From Isurus oxyrinchus (taxonomy: Eukaryota): 64,000 bases of DNA. The DNA is taken from contig JANJGN010000036.1 of the NCBI GenBank assembly GCA_026770705.1, positions 1,426,001-1,490,000 on the forward strand. The letters run 5' to 3'. Positions 62,255-64,000 of the stretch are shown here, piece by piece. The position numbers and the translations under genes are program-made. Position 1 is the first letter of the stretch. Each line of letters begins with the position of its first letter. The notes below the pieces were generated by a model that was not told where the DNA came from, made no database searches, and worked only from the letters and a program-made list of their open reading frames with translations.

Positions 62255-62500
62255 ACCATCCTCAATATTTAAAATGGAGGCAGACACCTTCTCCATCTTT
62301 AAAACGGAGGGAGATTCCTTCTCCATCGTTAAAACTGAGGGAGATCCATTTTCCATCTTTAAAATAGAGGGAGACGATATCACTTTTCCATCTTTGCAAT
62401 AGAGGGAGATCCCTTGTCCATTTTTAAAATGGAGGGAGATCCCTTCTCCATTTTTAATATGGAGGGTGATCCCTTCTACATCTTCAAAATGGAGGGAGAT
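62255..62500. repeat. 30-bp minisatellite, ~8 copies, each with the inverted repeat CTCCAT-ctttaaa-ATGGAG
   Basis: aaaa(t/c)(g/t/a)gagg at 62271, 62301, 62331, 62361, then ~62397-62490. Confidence 0.88.
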
Positions 62501-62859
62501 ATCTCTATCTCTGTCACGTTGAAAGTACTAATGTCCCTTTCGAGAGAATACAGCTCTGTCATAAATGTCCCAGTGCTGTGGGCCACAGATAAATTGGCCA
62601 CTGTGAACAAACCTAAACTGGTTAACTGGTATTTGGGGATTTGTCTTACAGAATCTGAGAGAGGCAGAGAGAGGAAAAGAGAAGGCGCAGAACGAGGTAA
62701 TTTTAAAGAGAGAGACACAGAACGAGAGGAGATGAAGAGGCAGACATCCAGATTTTCCAAATCCATTTGACGTGTTAGGCTCTGCCTCCACGGAAGGAAC
62801 GGGAACTGGAGGAAGCCTTTGACCCTTTGACCCTTTATAGCCAAGCCTACTATTCAGCA

Positions 62860-63850
62860 AGTTCTATTCTGATCTCCTAACTCAGCTCCACTTTTCCGCG
62901 CTATTCCCTGATCCATTGATTCCCCTAGTGTCCAAAAGTAGATCGATATCAGTTCCTTGTACGAGTACAAGCAAAGACATTTGTCTTTTTGTCTATATTT
63001 GCAACCAACGTAAATAACGTCACACTTCCCCACATTATCTCCCTTCAGCCACCTTTCTGGCTACTTACTTAAACTGATTATATCTCTTTGCAGCCTCTTT
63101 GTGTCCTCTTCACAGTTTGCATTCCCACAGAGCTTTACATTGTCATCAAACCTAGATATATTAGTTTTGGTCTCTTCATCTATGTCATTTAAAGTGATTG
63201 TAAATAGTTGAGGCGTTCGCACTGTTCCTTTCCATAGTCCACATGACACACCTTCCAGCTTGAAAGTGCCCAGGTATGATTTGAACACAACCCTATATAA
63301 TTGCCATAATACTTCCTTACTTTTACATTCCAACGCCCTTGCAAATGAAGACTGACATAGTATTTGCCAAAATATTGCTGAACTGAATGTTAACTGCCTG
63401 TGATTCGTGCACATGGGCACTCAAAAATGCCTCTGAATGCCAACAATGACTGGCCCCTAAACTTAAAAAAAATTCTGCTTTTCCCTTCTCCCCATTGCAT
63501 GATTAATTGTTACACAGGATGACAAAGGACGTACAACAGAGAAACAAGCGATTCTGCACGACCAGTCCAAACTGGTCTTCATTCTCCAAACCAGCTTCCT
63601 CCATTTTTTCTCGTTTAAATCTAAAAATAACAACCACACTTTTCCCTCCAATAGTTGTCTAATTTCCAGGAAAACACTTCTACTATTCACCCCAACCACT
63701 CCCTCTGGTAGTGACATCCACATTCTCACCACTTTCTGGGTAAAGATGTTTCTCTTGAATTTTCTTTTGCATTTATTAGTTACTGTCTTATATTGATGAC
63801 CTCTAATTATGCTCTTTGTTATGGGAAGAAACATTTTATCTGAAGATAAC
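62860..63850 (-). mobile_element. Mosaic of minus-strand CR1 LINE fragments
   Basis: PQLFTITLNDIDE..ISRFDDNVKL; RGHQYK..RNIFTQKVVRMW. Confidence 0.75.
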
Positions 63851-64000
63851 GCACACAGTTGACGGTGGGTTGAGGGAGTGACACCTTTAAGACATGTGAT
63901 ACCCTGGGCCCGTCTGGAGATCTCTGTTCTCGGTAGACTTGCCCTTATTACCTCGACTCCACTTTCCTGTTTTATCTCCATATGATTTGGTTCCTTGTTC

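Noticed and set aside
62255-62500. CRISPR-like appearance of 30-bp palindromic repeats (also the 84-bp array at 4520-4928)
   Set aside because: Head-to-tail repeats without unique spacers, in vertebrate DNA with no cas genes: ordinary minisatellites.

Overview
Vertebrate genomic DNA. The repeat landscape (CR1-type LINEs, Penelope-like elements with GIY-YIG, DeuSINE-like SINEs, GATA/CA microsatellites) suggests a cartilaginous fish, which is an inference. The main content is a cluster of non-rearranging, antigen-receptor-like Ig-superfamily genes with the layout leader / V with germline-joined J-like strand / C1-set / Cys-stalk+TM / short cytoplasmic exons / Tyr-motif exon. Two sequence classes are present. 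One class-1 gene (minus strand, 34239-38924, 6 exons, 303 aa) is intact with all-canonical splice sites and lies head-to-head with a disabled class-2 gene (41405-~44550). At least five more pseudogene copies or remnants of the two classes lie between 2.4 and 31 kb. Other content: a near full-length Penelope-like element plus several short fold-back derivatives carrying minimal hammerhead-ribozyme motifs, CR1 LINE fragments, a degenerate Gypsy-gag remnant, a ~1.85-kb-unit macrosatellite (50.7-58.7 kb) carrying CTCF-like motifs, and several minisatellites. All exon boundaries were read by eye; no database searches were run.
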